This document shows positions 19,366 through 28,493 of a stretch of 64,000 nt of DNA, piece after piece. Location: NCBI GenBank assembly GCA_015058045.1, contig SVDC01000017.1, forward strand, positions 1,327 to 65,326, written 5' to 3'. The notes under the pieces were generated by a model, which was given only the letters and a program-made list of their open reading frames with translations, was not told where the DNA came from and did not search any database. The translations under genes and the position numbers were made by a program. This DNA is from Cellulosilyticum sp. Lineage in GTDB: Bacteria; Bacillota; Clostridia; Lachnospirales; Cellulosilyticaceae. Position 1 is the stretch's first letter. Each line of letters begins with the position of its first letter.

Positions 19366-20385
19366 ATGAATGCAAAAACAGAAAGTATAGTAGCCACCAA
19401 AAGTGAAGGTAAGTTTTCAAAATGGATAAAGCGTGGTGGATGGCAAAAGCCTCTTGTTATTGTAACTTTTTTGTTTATTCCACTACTATTACTATTTACA
19501 TTTACTTATCTACCGTTTTTTAAAATGATTCAATTTAGCTTTTTTGATATGAAGTATCTAGGCGCAAGAGAGTTTGTAGGACTTGAGAATTACCAAGAAG
19601 TATTTACAAGGGATGATTGTTTTAAGGCTTTATATTTAAGTTTATATTATATGGCAGGTTCATTTGTGCAATTAGCTTTAGCTCTTTATTTTGCAACACT
19701 TCTTAGTTTTAAAACAAAAGGAAACGCCTTTTTTAAAGGAACTATGTTTTTCCCTTCATTAATCTGCGGGATTGCTGTAGGTTATATCTTTAAATTCTTC
19801 TATACAAGGGGATTTGTACTAGATACCCTTCTTTCTTGGATTGGTTTTAACCCAGAAAATTTACCTTATTGGTTAAAAGATACACGTATTAATAATATGT
19901 CATTGGTTGCAACTTCACTTTGGAGATATATGGGACAGAATATGGTGCTCTTTATTGGAGCGATTATGTCTGTAGATCAAGAAATGTATGAAGCAGCTGA
20001 TTTAGATGGTGCTAATAAGTGGCAACGTTTTAAATATATTATTTTACCTAGCATTAAAACCATTGTTGTGCTCAATTTAATTCTTTCCATTTCGGGCTCA
20101 TTAAGTGCTTTTGAACCACCATTTGTTATTACCAAAGGTACCATGGGGACAGGAACTTATTTTGTTATTATGCATAAAATTGCTCATGAAAATCAAAAAG
20201 TAGGGCTTGCTTCAGCTATGGCAGTTGTGCTTCTTGTGATTATTGTACTGGTTACTATTTTCCAAAAGGTAACGATGAATTATCTCTTTAATGATGGCGA
20301 TGAGGATGAATCAAGAGCAGCTAAGAAGAAGAGAAAGCAAGCAGAAAAACAAAAAAAATTAGCATCTAAAGGAATGGGGGCATAA
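19366..20385 (+). CDS. Carbohydrate ABC transporter permease 1
   Basis: EAA motif EMYEAADLDGANKWQRFKYIILP. Confidence 0.93.
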   Translation: MNAKTESIVATKSEGKFSKWIKRGGWQKPLVIVTFLFIPLLLLFTFTYLPFFKMIQFSFFDMKYLGAREFVGLENYQEVFTRDDCFKALYLSLYYMAGSFVQLALALYFATLLSFKTKGNAFFKGTMFFPSLICGIAVGYIFKFFYTRGFVLDTLLSWIGFNPENLPYWLKDTRINNMSLVATSLWRYMGQNMVLFIGAIMSVDQEMYEAADLDGANKWQRFKYIILPSIKTIVVLNLILSISGSLSAFEPPFVITKGTMGTGTYFVIMHKIAHENQKVGLASAMAVVLLVIIVLVTIFQKVTMNYLFNDGDEDESRAAKKKRKQAEKQKKLASKGMGA

Positions 20386-20387
20386 AG

Positions 20388-21224
20388 ATGAGTATTGGAA
20401 AAAAAATCGAAAATATTATCCTTACATTTATAAAGTATTTTAGTTTATGTCTGGGTGCTTTTATAGCAGTTATTCCTGTAGTTGTTTGTTTATTTACTGC
20501 CTTTAAAACGGATGAAGAGTATGCCACAACTAATGTTATGCAGTTACCACAAAGCTGGACATATCTAGAAAACTTTAAGATTGCATGGACTAAGGCGAAA
20601 ATGTTCAATGGGTTTAAGAATACCTTTATTATTATGATTGTTGTGGTATGTGGCTCTATTATGATAGGGGCAATGCTAGCCTATGTTTTAAACCGCTTTA
20701 AATTCCCGGGAAATGCACTGATTAGAAATCTCTTTTTATTCGCAACTTTAATCCCTGGAGTAGCAACTCAAGTTACAGTTTATCAAATTATGCACTCATT
20801 AGGTTTCATTAATAAAATTTACGGCTACATAATTTTGATGCTAGGAACGGATGTCATATCCATCTATGTATTCTTACAGTTCTTTGAAAATATATCTGTT
20901 TCTTTAGATGAATCAGCGATTATGGATGGCTGTACATACTATGGGGTATTTATTAAGATTTTACTACCTCTTTTAAAACCTGCTATGGTAACTTGTATGA
21001 TTTTAAAAGGTGTAGGTATTTATAACGAATATTATTGTTCTAATCTATATATTCCATCACAAACTATTTCCACAGCCCTTTATACCTTTACCGGTCCATA
21101 TGGTAGTCAATATAACTATATTTGTGCAGGCGTTATTATAACCATTATACCTGCTTTAATTATATTTATTTGTTGTCAAAAACAAATTTATAGTGGCTTA
21201 GCAGCAGGCGCTGTTAAAGGTTAG
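20388..21224 (+). CDS. Carbohydrate ABC transporter permease 2
   Basis: EAA motif SLDESAIMDGCT; ends GLAAGAVKG. Confidence 0.93.
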   Translation: MSIGKKIENIILTFIKYFSLCLGAFIAVIPVVVCLFTAFKTDEEYATTNVMQLPQSWTYLENFKIAWTKAKMFNGFKNTFIIMIVVVCGSIMIGAMLAYVLNRFKFPGNALIRNLFLFATLIPGVATQVTVYQIMHSLGFINKIYGYIILMLGTDVISIYVFLQFFENISVSLDESAIMDGCTYYGVFIKILLPLLKPAMVTCMILKGVGIYNEYYCSNLYIPSQTISTALYTFTGPYGSQYNYICAGVIITIIPALIIFICCQKQIYSGLAAGAVKG

Positions 21225-21367
21225 GTGGTTATAAATCACTATATAGAGAAAAAGAGAGAGTTAGATTATAGGGATTGATATATAAGTGATGTGAAGTGAA
21301 AGCTATAAATAAAGACCTAAATATGATGTTTATATACTAAAAATATAAGGAAATCGAGGGGAAAACA

Positions 21368-22390
21368 ATGAGTAAAGTACAACTAATCTGCCCAGAAGTA
21401 AGTAATATGCCTTGGCAAGAAAATCCAGGGAATTTAGTGAATGCACCTATTTGGCGCTATACAGAAAATCCGATTATTGGAAGAAATCCAGTTAAAAATG
21501 TAGCCAGAATCTTTAACAGTGCGGTTATACCATATGAAGGTGAATTCATTGGTGTATTCCGTGGTGAACAAACCAATGGGATTTCATTTATTTATTTAGG
21601 AAGAAGTAAAGATGGTATTCATTGGGACTTTGATGAAAATAAGATTCCATTTGTAGATGAAGAAGGCAATCCATTTATGCCAATCTACGCTTACGATCCA
21701 AGACTTGTAAAAATAGAAGATACATACTACATCATGTGGTGTCAAGATTTCTATGGTGCAGCTATTGGTATGGCTAAAACAACAGATTTTAAGACCTTTA
21801 CAAGAATTGAAAATCCATTCTTACCCTATAACAGAAATGCTGTTTTATTCCCAAGAAAAGTCAATGGCAAGTTTATGATGCTGAGCCGTCCAAGTGATAC
21901 AGGGCATACACCATTTGGAGATATTTTTGTGAGCGAAAGTCCTGATATGGTTTACTGGGGTAAACATAGACATGTTATGAGTAAGAGTAGAGAATGGTGG
22001 GAATCTCTTAAGATTGGTGGCGGTGCAGCACCTATTGAAACCAGTGAAGGATGGCTTTTATTCTACCATGGTGTAGCAGGAACTTGTAATGGTTATGTAT
22101 ATAGCATTGGTGGTGCCATCTTAGATATTGATAACCCATCTATTGTGAAATATCGCTGTGAGAACTTCTTACTGACTCCAGAAGCATGGTATGAAGAAAG
22201 AGGTTTTGTACCTAATGTATGTTTCCCATGTGCAACGATTTGTGATAGCGCAACAGGTAGAATTGCTATTTACTATGGCGCAGCAGACAGCTATGTAGGT
22301 CTTGCTTTTACTACAGCTGATCAGGTTATAGATTACATTAAAGCACATAGTGTTGTAACAAGTGATGATACAGAAATTGGTATAAGATAA
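21368..22390 (+). CDS. GH130 subfamily 2 beta-1,4-mannooligosaccharide phosphorylase
   Basis: NMPWQE..P, IWRYTENPII, IFNSAV, YDPRL, NRNAVLFP, KIGGGAAP and VPNVCFP motifs. Confidence 0.88.
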   Translation: MSKVQLICPEVSNMPWQENPGNLVNAPIWRYTENPIIGRNPVKNVARIFNSAVIPYEGEFIGVFRGEQTNGISFIYLGRSKDGIHWDFDENKIPFVDEEGNPFMPIYAYDPRLVKIEDTYYIMWCQDFYGAAIGMAKTTDFKTFTRIENPFLPYNRNAVLFPRKVNGKFMMLSRPSDTGHTPFGDIFVSESPDMVYWGKHRHVMSKSREWWESLKIGGGAAPIETSEGWLLFYHGVAGTCNGYVYSIGGAILDIDNPSIVKYRCENFLLTPEAWYEERGFVPNVCFPCATICDSATGRIAIYYGAADSYVGLAFTTADQVIDYIKAHSVVTSDDTEIGIR

Positions 22391-22405
22391 TCTATAAAAA
22401 TAAGT

Positions 22406-22434
22406 GGCTCATAGGAGACTATAGCCTATGGGCC
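22406..22434 (+). other. Intra-operon stem-loop
   Basis: GGCTCATAGG-N9-CCTATGGGCC with no long U tract. Confidence 0.6.
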
Positions 22435-22453
22435 TTTATAAGAAGGTGATGAA

Positions 22454-23641
22454 GTGTTTATTGCAGAAGTGAAGCAACACTTGGAAACAAAGATTATCCC
22501 ATTTTGGATGAAGCTTAGAGATAACCAATATGGTGGCTATTATGGCTATATGGATTATGATTTAAATCTGGATAAAGAAGCAATCAAAGGCTGCATTTTA
22601 AATAGTAGAATCCTGTGGTTTTTCTCAAATGCCTATAAGACTTTACAAGATGCCTCATTATTAGATGAAGCAACCCATGCTTTTAACTTTATGAAGACCC
22701 ACTGCATAGATCGTGAGTATGGTGGGGTCTTTTGGATGTTAGATTATAAAGGCGAAGTGGTAGAAGATATGAAGCATACATATAATCAAGCCTTTGCCAT
22801 TTATGCACTATCTTCTTATTATGAAGTTTCTAAAAATCAGGAAGCATTAGATTTGGCATTAGGCTTATTTCATATGATAGAAGAAACTTGTAAGGATGAG
22901 TATGGCTATTTAGAAGCCTTTGATAGAAAGTGGCACCTTATTGATAATGAAAAATTATGTGATGACCCTCATATGAAAGCTGAAGGTAAGGTCGCAGAAA
23001 AAACCATGAATACAATTCTTCATGTTTTAGAGGCATATACAGAACTGTATAGAGTAAGCCATGAAGCAGAGGTAGGAACATGCTTAAAGGCTATTTTAGA
23101 AATGGTAAGGGTAAAAGTATATAGTCCAGAGAAAAAGCAGTTAGAAGTCTTTTTTGATACGCGTTTAAACTCTATTGCTGATATGCATTCTTATGGTCAT
23201 GATATTGAAGCAGCATGGCTGATAGATAGAGGAGCAGAAGTATTAAAAGATCAGGCATTAATAGAGCAAACTAAAGCCTATACAGTGGATATTGCTTATA
23301 AAGTAAAGGAAGTTGCCTTTAAAAATGGGACACTTAATAATGAACGATTTAATGAAGAGATTGATACCACAAAGATTTGGTGGGTGCAGGCAGAAACAGT
23401 AGTCGGCTTTTTAAATGCCTATGAAAAATCAGGAGATAGCCAATTTAAAACAGCAGCATTAGAGGAATGGCATTATATAAAAACCTATCTTATGGACCCA
23501 AGAGAAGGTTCAGAGTGGTATTGGCAACTTAATGACTATAATGAACCCAATAAAGATTTTCCAATTGTAGAACCTTGGAAGTGTCCATATCACAATGGAA
23601 GAATGTGCTTAGAAGTGATTAGGAGGGGAATCGATGCATAA
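22454..23641 (+). CDS. AGE-family cellobiose/mannobiose 2-epimerase
   Basis: [47 protein letters not shown] and [11 protein letters not shown] motifs. Confidence 0.92.
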   Translation: MFIAEVKQHLETKIIPFWMKLRDNQYGGYYGYMDYDLNLDKEAIKGCILNSRILWFFSNAYKTLQDASLLDEATHAFNFMKTHCIDREYGGVFWMLDYKGEVVEDMKHTYNQAFAIYALSSYYEVSKNQEALDLALGLFHMIEETCKDEYGYLEAFDRKWHLIDNEKLCDDPHMKAEGKVAEKTMNTILHVLEAYTELYRVSHEAEVGTCLKAILEMVRVKVYSPEKKQLEVFFDTRLNSIADMHSYGHDIEAAWLIDRGAEVLKDQALIEQTKAYTVDIAYKVKEVAFKNGTLNNERFNEEIDTTKIWWVQAETVVGFLNAYEKSGDSQFKTAALEEWHYIKTYLMDPREGSEWYWQLNDYNEPNKDFPIVEPWKCPYHNGRMCLEVIRRGIDA

Positions 23642-24812
23642 CGAAGCGTTTAAACAAAACTACCAAAGGGAAAATGCTAAATATGAAGAGCTTATAACAA
23701 AACCTAATAAGCCACTTGATTTATATAATGGGGTTTACACACGTTATGAAAATCCCGTATTAACCAAAGCACATGCACCACTTATTTGGCGTTATGATTT
23801 AAATCCAGTAACGAATCCTTATTTTATGGAGCGTCTGGGTATTAATGCTGTTTTTAATGCAGGTGCGATAGAGTTAAATGGGAAGTTTTATGTGGTAGCA
23901 CGTGTGGAAGGTAATGATAGAAAATCTTTCTTTGCAGTAGCAGAAAGTCCAAATGGTATAGATCACTTTAGATTTTGGGACTATCCTATTTTACTTCCTG
24001 ATACAGAAAAAGAAGAAACGAATGTTTACGATATGCGTCTTACAAAACATGAGGATGGTTATATATACGGTGTATTTTGCTCAGAAAGCAAAGATTCTGA
24101 TAATCCAGAGCTTTCAGCAGCTATTGCACAAGCAGGGATTGTACGTACCAAAGATCTTAAAACTTGGGAGAGACTTCCTAACCTTAAGACAAGTTCTGCC
24201 CAGCAAAGAAATGTGGTGCTACACCCAGAGTTTGTAAATGGTAAATATGCTTTTTATACAAGACCACAAGACAGCTTTATTGATACGGGAAGTGGTGGGG
24301 GTATTGGGTTTGGATTATGTGACGATATTACCCATGCTTACATAGAAGAAGAAATGATTACAAGTAGACGTAAATACCACACGATTACAGAAGTTAAAAA
24401 TGGTGCAGGTGCTGTACCGATTAAAACAGATAGAGGCTGGATTCATATTGCCCATGGTGTAAGAAATACAGCAGCAGGGTTAAGATATGTTATTTATGTG
24501 TTTGCAACTGCATTAGATGACCCAACTAAGGTGATTGCAGAGCCTTCTGGTTTCTTTATTGCGCCACATGAATTAGAGCTTATTGGAGATGTAGGGAATG
24601 TAGCTTTTACCAATGGTGCCATAGCACGTGATAATGGAGAAGTTTATATTTACTATGCTACAGCAGATACTCGGTTACATGTAGCGACAACAACCATTGA
24701 AAGATTAGTAGATTACACATTTAATACACCAGAAGACCCTCTTCGTTCAGTGGATTGTGTAAAACAAAGATGTGAACTAATAGAAAAAAATTTAGCTTAT
24801 TTAAATCAGTAG
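23634..24812 (+). CDS. GH130 subfamily 1 4-O-beta-D-mannosyl-D-glucose phosphorylase
   Basis: [55 protein letters not shown] and GDVGNV motifs. Confidence 0.92.
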   Translation: MHNEAFKQNYQRENAKYEELITKPNKPLDLYNGVYTRYENPVLTKAHAPLIWRYDLNPVTNPYFMERLGINAVFNAGAIELNGKFYVVARVEGNDRKSFFAVAESPNGIDHFRFWDYPILLPDTEKEETNVYDMRLTKHEDGYIYGVFCSESKDSDNPELSAAIAQAGIVRTKDLKTWERLPNLKTSSAQQRNVVLHPEFVNGKYAFYTRPQDSFIDTGSGGGIGFGLCDDITHAYIEEEMITSRRKYHTITEVKNGAGAVPIKTDRGWIHIAHGVRNTAAGLRYVIYVFATALDDPTKVIAEPSGFFIAPHELELIGDVGNVAFTNGAIARDNGEVYIYYATADTRLHVATTTIERLVDYTFNTPEDPLRSVDCVKQRCELIEKNLAYLNQ

Positions 24813-24822
24813 TACATTGAAT

Positions 24823-24880
24823 GGCTCAGTAGTGTAGAAAGATTGGCTTTTGCTTATTTTTCTTTCGACTGAGCTTTTTT
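24823..24880 (+). terminator. Intrinsic terminator
   Basis: GGCTCAGT...ACTGAGCT outer stem followed by a T6 tract. Confidence 0.6.
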
Positions 24881-25057
24881 AGGTAGAGAGGAACGAGTTT
24901 GTTCTAGAGACCACTATTAGATAGATAAAATACAGAGACAGAATATAAACAGGCAGTGAGACAACAAAGTGTACCTAAAGTTGACAAATTAAGCTCATAT
25001 AAAAGCTATGGAAATAAGAATGAGCCCATGAAAAAGAAGGCAATAAGGAGGAGACTT

Positions 25058-26008
25058 ATGTTTAAGATTCAGCCAGTTTATAAGGATTATATTTGGGGAG
25101 GAAATAAGTTAAAAGAGGCATATGGAAAAGAAAGTGATTTAGATATTGTAGCAGAAAGCTGGGAACTTTCCACCCATCCATCAGGGATTTGTGAAATTGA
25201 AATAGATGGAGAAAAGAAGAGTCTAGCAGAGTATATTAAGGAAAATGGAAAGAAGGTATTAGGAACAAAATCTATGACAGAGGATGAACTCCCTATTTTA
25301 ATTAAGCTCATTGATGCAAGGGACAATTTATCTGTGCAAGTGCATCCAGATGATGATTATGCAAAAGTCTATGAGAATGACTTAGGTAAAACAGAGATGT
25401 GGTATGTTTTAGAAGCAGAAGAAGGGGCCCAGCTTGTTTATGGATTTAAGAAAGACTTAAGTAAGGAAACGTTTAAGGCAGCCATTGAAGAAAATACCCT
25501 AAGTGAATTATTAAATTATGTCGAGGTACATAAAGGTGATGTGTTTTTTATTAAGCCAGGAACTATGCATGCCATTGGTAAAGGCATTGTCATAGCTGAA
25601 ATACAGGAAAGTTCCAATGTGACTTATCGCGTATACGATTATGGTAGAGTAGGTACTGATGGTAAACCTAGAGAGCTGCATATTGATAAGGCATTGGAAG
25701 TTACTCAGTTCAATAAAGCAGAAGAATTAAGTACACCTTATGTGATGAAAATGCTAGAAGGTGTGAGTATAGGAACATTAGCAAGTTGTCCTTATTTCAC
25801 AGTGAAGCGTATTCAACTAGAAAAAGAAATGCATGTTTTAGCTAGTGAGGAGTCTTTTCATGATTTATTAATTGTAGAAGGTACTGTAGAAATAGTAGAA
25901 GGAAGCAAAAAATGGATAGGGAAAAAGGGGGATAGCTTCTTTGTACCAGCAGGTAGTGGAAACTATACTATTAGTGGGCAAGGGGAGCTCATCTTATCCA
26001 CTCTATAA
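25058..26008 (+). CDS. manA: Mannose-6-phosphate isomerase, class I
   Basis: YIWGGNKL, AESWE.S.HP, LSVQVHPDD, GKTEMWY and GTMHAIG motifs. Start reassigned to ATG 25058 (AGGAGG RBS). Confidence 0.9.
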   Translation: MFKIQPVYKDYIWGGNKLKEAYGKESDLDIVAESWELSTHPSGICEIEIDGEKKSLAEYIKENGKKVLGTKSMTEDELPILIKLIDARDNLSVQVHPDDDYAKVYENDLGKTEMWYVLEAEEGAQLVYGFKKDLSKETFKAAIEENTLSELLNYVEVHKGDVFFIKPGTMHAIGKGIVIAEIQESSNVTYRVYDYGRVGTDGKPRELHIDKALEVTQFNKAEELSTPYVMKMLEGVSIGTLASCPYFTVKRIQLEKEMHVLASEESFHDLLIVEGTVEIVEGSKKWIGKKGDSFFVPAGSGNYTISGQGELILSTL

Positions 26009-26142
26009 TAGCATCAGTATAATAGATAAAATCTAAATTTGTGTAGGCGTGGTCTACAATGCGTATCATTAGAGAAATAAATCGTTACAATGATACTCAA
26101 GTTTCAGACATCTTTATGCTTTTAGATTTGGAAAGGAAGAGT

Positions 26143-27012
26143 ATGGAATATCAATTAAGCAATAATTTTTTGACTGTATCTATAAAAAGTGCAGGTGCAG
26201 AAATAACCAGTATTCAATCAAAGGATGGATTAGAATATATATGGTGTGGTGATGAAAAATTTTGGGGAAGGCATGCACCTATTTTATTTCCTATTGTAGG
26301 GAAAGTATTAGAAAATGAGTATACATACCAAGGTCAAAGCTATGGTTTATCACAACATGGTTTTGCAAGAGATAGTGAATTTGAAGTAGAAGCCTATAGC
26401 AATCATCAAATCACTTTTTTACTGCATTCCAATGAAAAGACTAAAGAAAAATATCCTTTTGATTTTATTTTAAAGCTTCATTATGAACTCCAAGAAAATA
26501 AGGTTAAAGTGGGATATGAAGTACAAAATATAGATCAAAAAGAAATCTACTTTTCTATAGGAGGGCATCCAGCCTTCAATTGCCCAGCTTTTGAAGATGA
26601 AACATTGGAAGATTATGTAATTGAATTTGAAGTGGAAGAAGAAGCGCAGAAATTGGGCATTACACCTGAAGTTTATTTAAGTGGAGAGCGTGAAGATTAC
26701 AAAGTTAAAACCATTCCACTTTGCCATCATTTCTTTAAAGACGGTGTGACCATCTTAACTAAGCTTCAAAGTCAAACGGTAACACTAAAATCCTTGAAAC
26801 ATGACTATCGTATGACTATGAGTAGAGAACAGCTCCCTTTCTTAGGCTTATGGTCACCAGAAAAAGGTGCACCTTTTGTATGTATTGAACCATGGGTTGG
26901 GCATACCGACTACATAACAGCTTCTAAGGAAATCAGTGAGAAAAAAGATTTTGTGAGCTTAGAGGTAGGAGAAACCTTTAAGTGTGATTATACAATGACA
27001 TTTGAAAAGTAA
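26143..27012 (+). CDS. Aldose 1-epimerase family protein (LacX-like)
   Basis: FWGRHAPILFPIVG, HGFARD, GGHPAFN and FVCIEPW motifs. Start reassigned to ATG 26143. Confidence 0.88.
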   Translation: MEYQLSNNFLTVSIKSAGAEITSIQSKDGLEYIWCGDEKFWGRHAPILFPIVGKVLENEYTYQGQSYGLSQHGFARDSEFEVEAYSNHQITFLLHSNEKTKEKYPFDFILKLHYELQENKVKVGYEVQNIDQKEIYFSIGGHPAFNCPAFEDETLEDYVIEFEVEEEAQKLGITPEVYLSGEREDYKVKTIPLCHHFFKDGVTILTKLQSQTVTLKSLKHDYRMTMSREQLPFLGLWSPEKGAPFVCIEPWVGHTDYITASKEISEKKDFVSLEVGETFKCDYTMTFEK

Positions 27013-27155
27013 AAGATGATGGATTGTGAATGGGTAAGTGAGGGGCACAAATGAAAAAAATTAGACACCTATGATACAATGTAAGAAATAAATAGGGATT
27101 TGTTGAAGATAAGCTTCAATGGATAGTTTCCCTGCGCAGAAAGAGGAATATAAAA

Positions 27156-27719
27156 ATGAAATATATGGGTGATAGTGACTGGTGGAATGCACGATTTAGG
27201 CATAGGGAATTAAATATTATGGGACATGAAAAGTCTTTAGAGGATGACATTGGATTTTTCCCAAAGAAGGGACCAATCTTAGATATTGCCTGTGGTGATG
27301 GAAGGAATACTATTTATTTAGCAAGGCTAGGATATGAAGTGCTTGCTATAGATTTTTGTGAAGAAGCTCTAAAAAGGCTAAACTACTTTGCTGAAAAAGA
27401 GTCGCTTAAAATTAAAACCAGGTTATTAGATTTATCAAAAGAAGAGAGTTTTACTGGTTTAAATAATATGGAAGCAGTTGTAATAAATCATTACAGATTA
27501 AAACCACAGTTCTATACTAACTTAATGAATAGCCTTAATACAGGTGGTATTCTATGGGTTAATGGATTTAGTGAAGTGCCAGCTGACCATCCTAATATTA
27601 ATGAATCGGATATTTTAAAAGAAAGTGACTTTGTATTTTTAGATAGTAATAAGTTAGAACATATAAATAGGTATAGCATAAATCAAAGAAAATTTTTAAG
27701 AGGTATATGGAAAAAGTAA
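27156..27719 (+). CDS. Class I SAM-dependent methyltransferase (TehB-like)
   Basis: WWNARF N-terminus; ILDIACGDGRN motif I. Confidence 0.85.
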   Translation: MKYMGDSDWWNARFRHRELNIMGHEKSLEDDIGFFPKKGPILDIACGDGRNTIYLARLGYEVLAIDFCEEALKRLNYFAEKESLKIKTRLLDLSKEESFTGLNNMEAVVINHYRLKPQFYTNLMNSLNTGGILWVNGFSEVPADHPNINESDILKESDFVFLDSNKLEHINRYSINQRKFLRGIWKK

Positions 27720-27756
27720 TACCTCAATTTGAAAAGGCAAAATAAGGCGTGATATG

Positions 27757-27786
27757 ATTTTTATAAAATAGTTATTTTATAAAAAT
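27757..27786. repeat. Perfect 14-bp inverted repeat with 2-nt spacer
   Basis: ATTTTTATAAAATA-GT-TATTTTATAAAAAT. Confidence 0.6.
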
Positions 27787-27803
27787 GCAAAACTACATAA
27801 AGC

Positions 27804-27845
27804 ATAAAAAGGTGATTCATAAATGTGTATGAATCACCTTTTTAT
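27804..27845 (+). terminator. Intrinsic terminator
   Basis: ATAAAAAGGTGATTCATA-AATGTG-TATGAATCACCTTTTTAT. Confidence 0.85.
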
Positions 27846-27942
27846 AGATACAACAATAAAATATAAAATACTAGTTATAGAAATATAAATAAAGGAAATA
27901 ATCTACTTAATAAATGAAATAGAGTAGAAGGGTGTGATTGGA

Positions 27943-28398
27943 ATGAGAGTCTATCATGCAAGTACGCATATTGTGGAGTTTCCTTCAATAAGGGTGACAC
28001 GTCATACAAAAGATTTTTCATGGGGATTTTATTGTATAGATCGTTTAATGGCAGTAAAGCAATGGGCACAACATAATTCTAAAACACCTATTATTAATAT
28101 TTATGAGTATGAGGAAGATAATAATTTGAATTTCCTTTATTTTGATAAAATGACAGATGAGTGGCTTGATTTTATAGTCAAATGTAGAAAAGGTTTCGTA
28201 CATCATTATGATGTGGTAAAGGGTCCTTTATTAGAAGAGGACATAAACATAGATGTAGAAAATTATTTAAATGGGAAAATCTCTAGTATTGAATTTTGGG
28301 AAAAGATGCAATCAAAGAAACCTATTGGGCTCATTAGTTTTCATACAGTAAGGGCACTAAGTCATTTAAAATATGTTGCTAGCGAAAATGTAGAGTAG
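27943..28398 (+). CDS. DUF3990-family protein
   Basis: VYHAS...KDFSWGFY, DEWLDFIVKCR and YDVVKGP resemble the DUF3990 blocks. ATG 27943 preferred over GTG 27934. Confidence 0.75.
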   Translation: MRVYHASTHIVEFPSIRVTRHTKDFSWGFYCIDRLMAVKQWAQHNSKTPIINIYEYEEDNNLNFLYFDKMTDEWLDFIVKCRKGFVHHYDVVKGPLLEEDINIDVENYLNGKISSIEFWEKMQSKKPIGLISFHTVRALSHLKYVASENVE

Positions 28399-28493
28399 CA
28401 TCATGATGTTCAATATAAAGTTTTGAAAATGTCAGAAAATGAGTTATGATAAGATAAAGTAAATTAATATAGAACTAAGAAGGGAGTTAGAAA

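Noticed and set aside
27040-27155. Mini-ORF MKKIRHL (27051-27074) and nested hairpin (AGGGA/TCCCT, TTGAAG/CTTCAA) upstream of the methyltransferase as an attenuator or riboswitch
   Set aside because: The mini-ORF coincides with an extended -10 promoter (TGATACAAT), the RBS is not sequestered, and I recognise no SAM, fluoride or T-box consensus.
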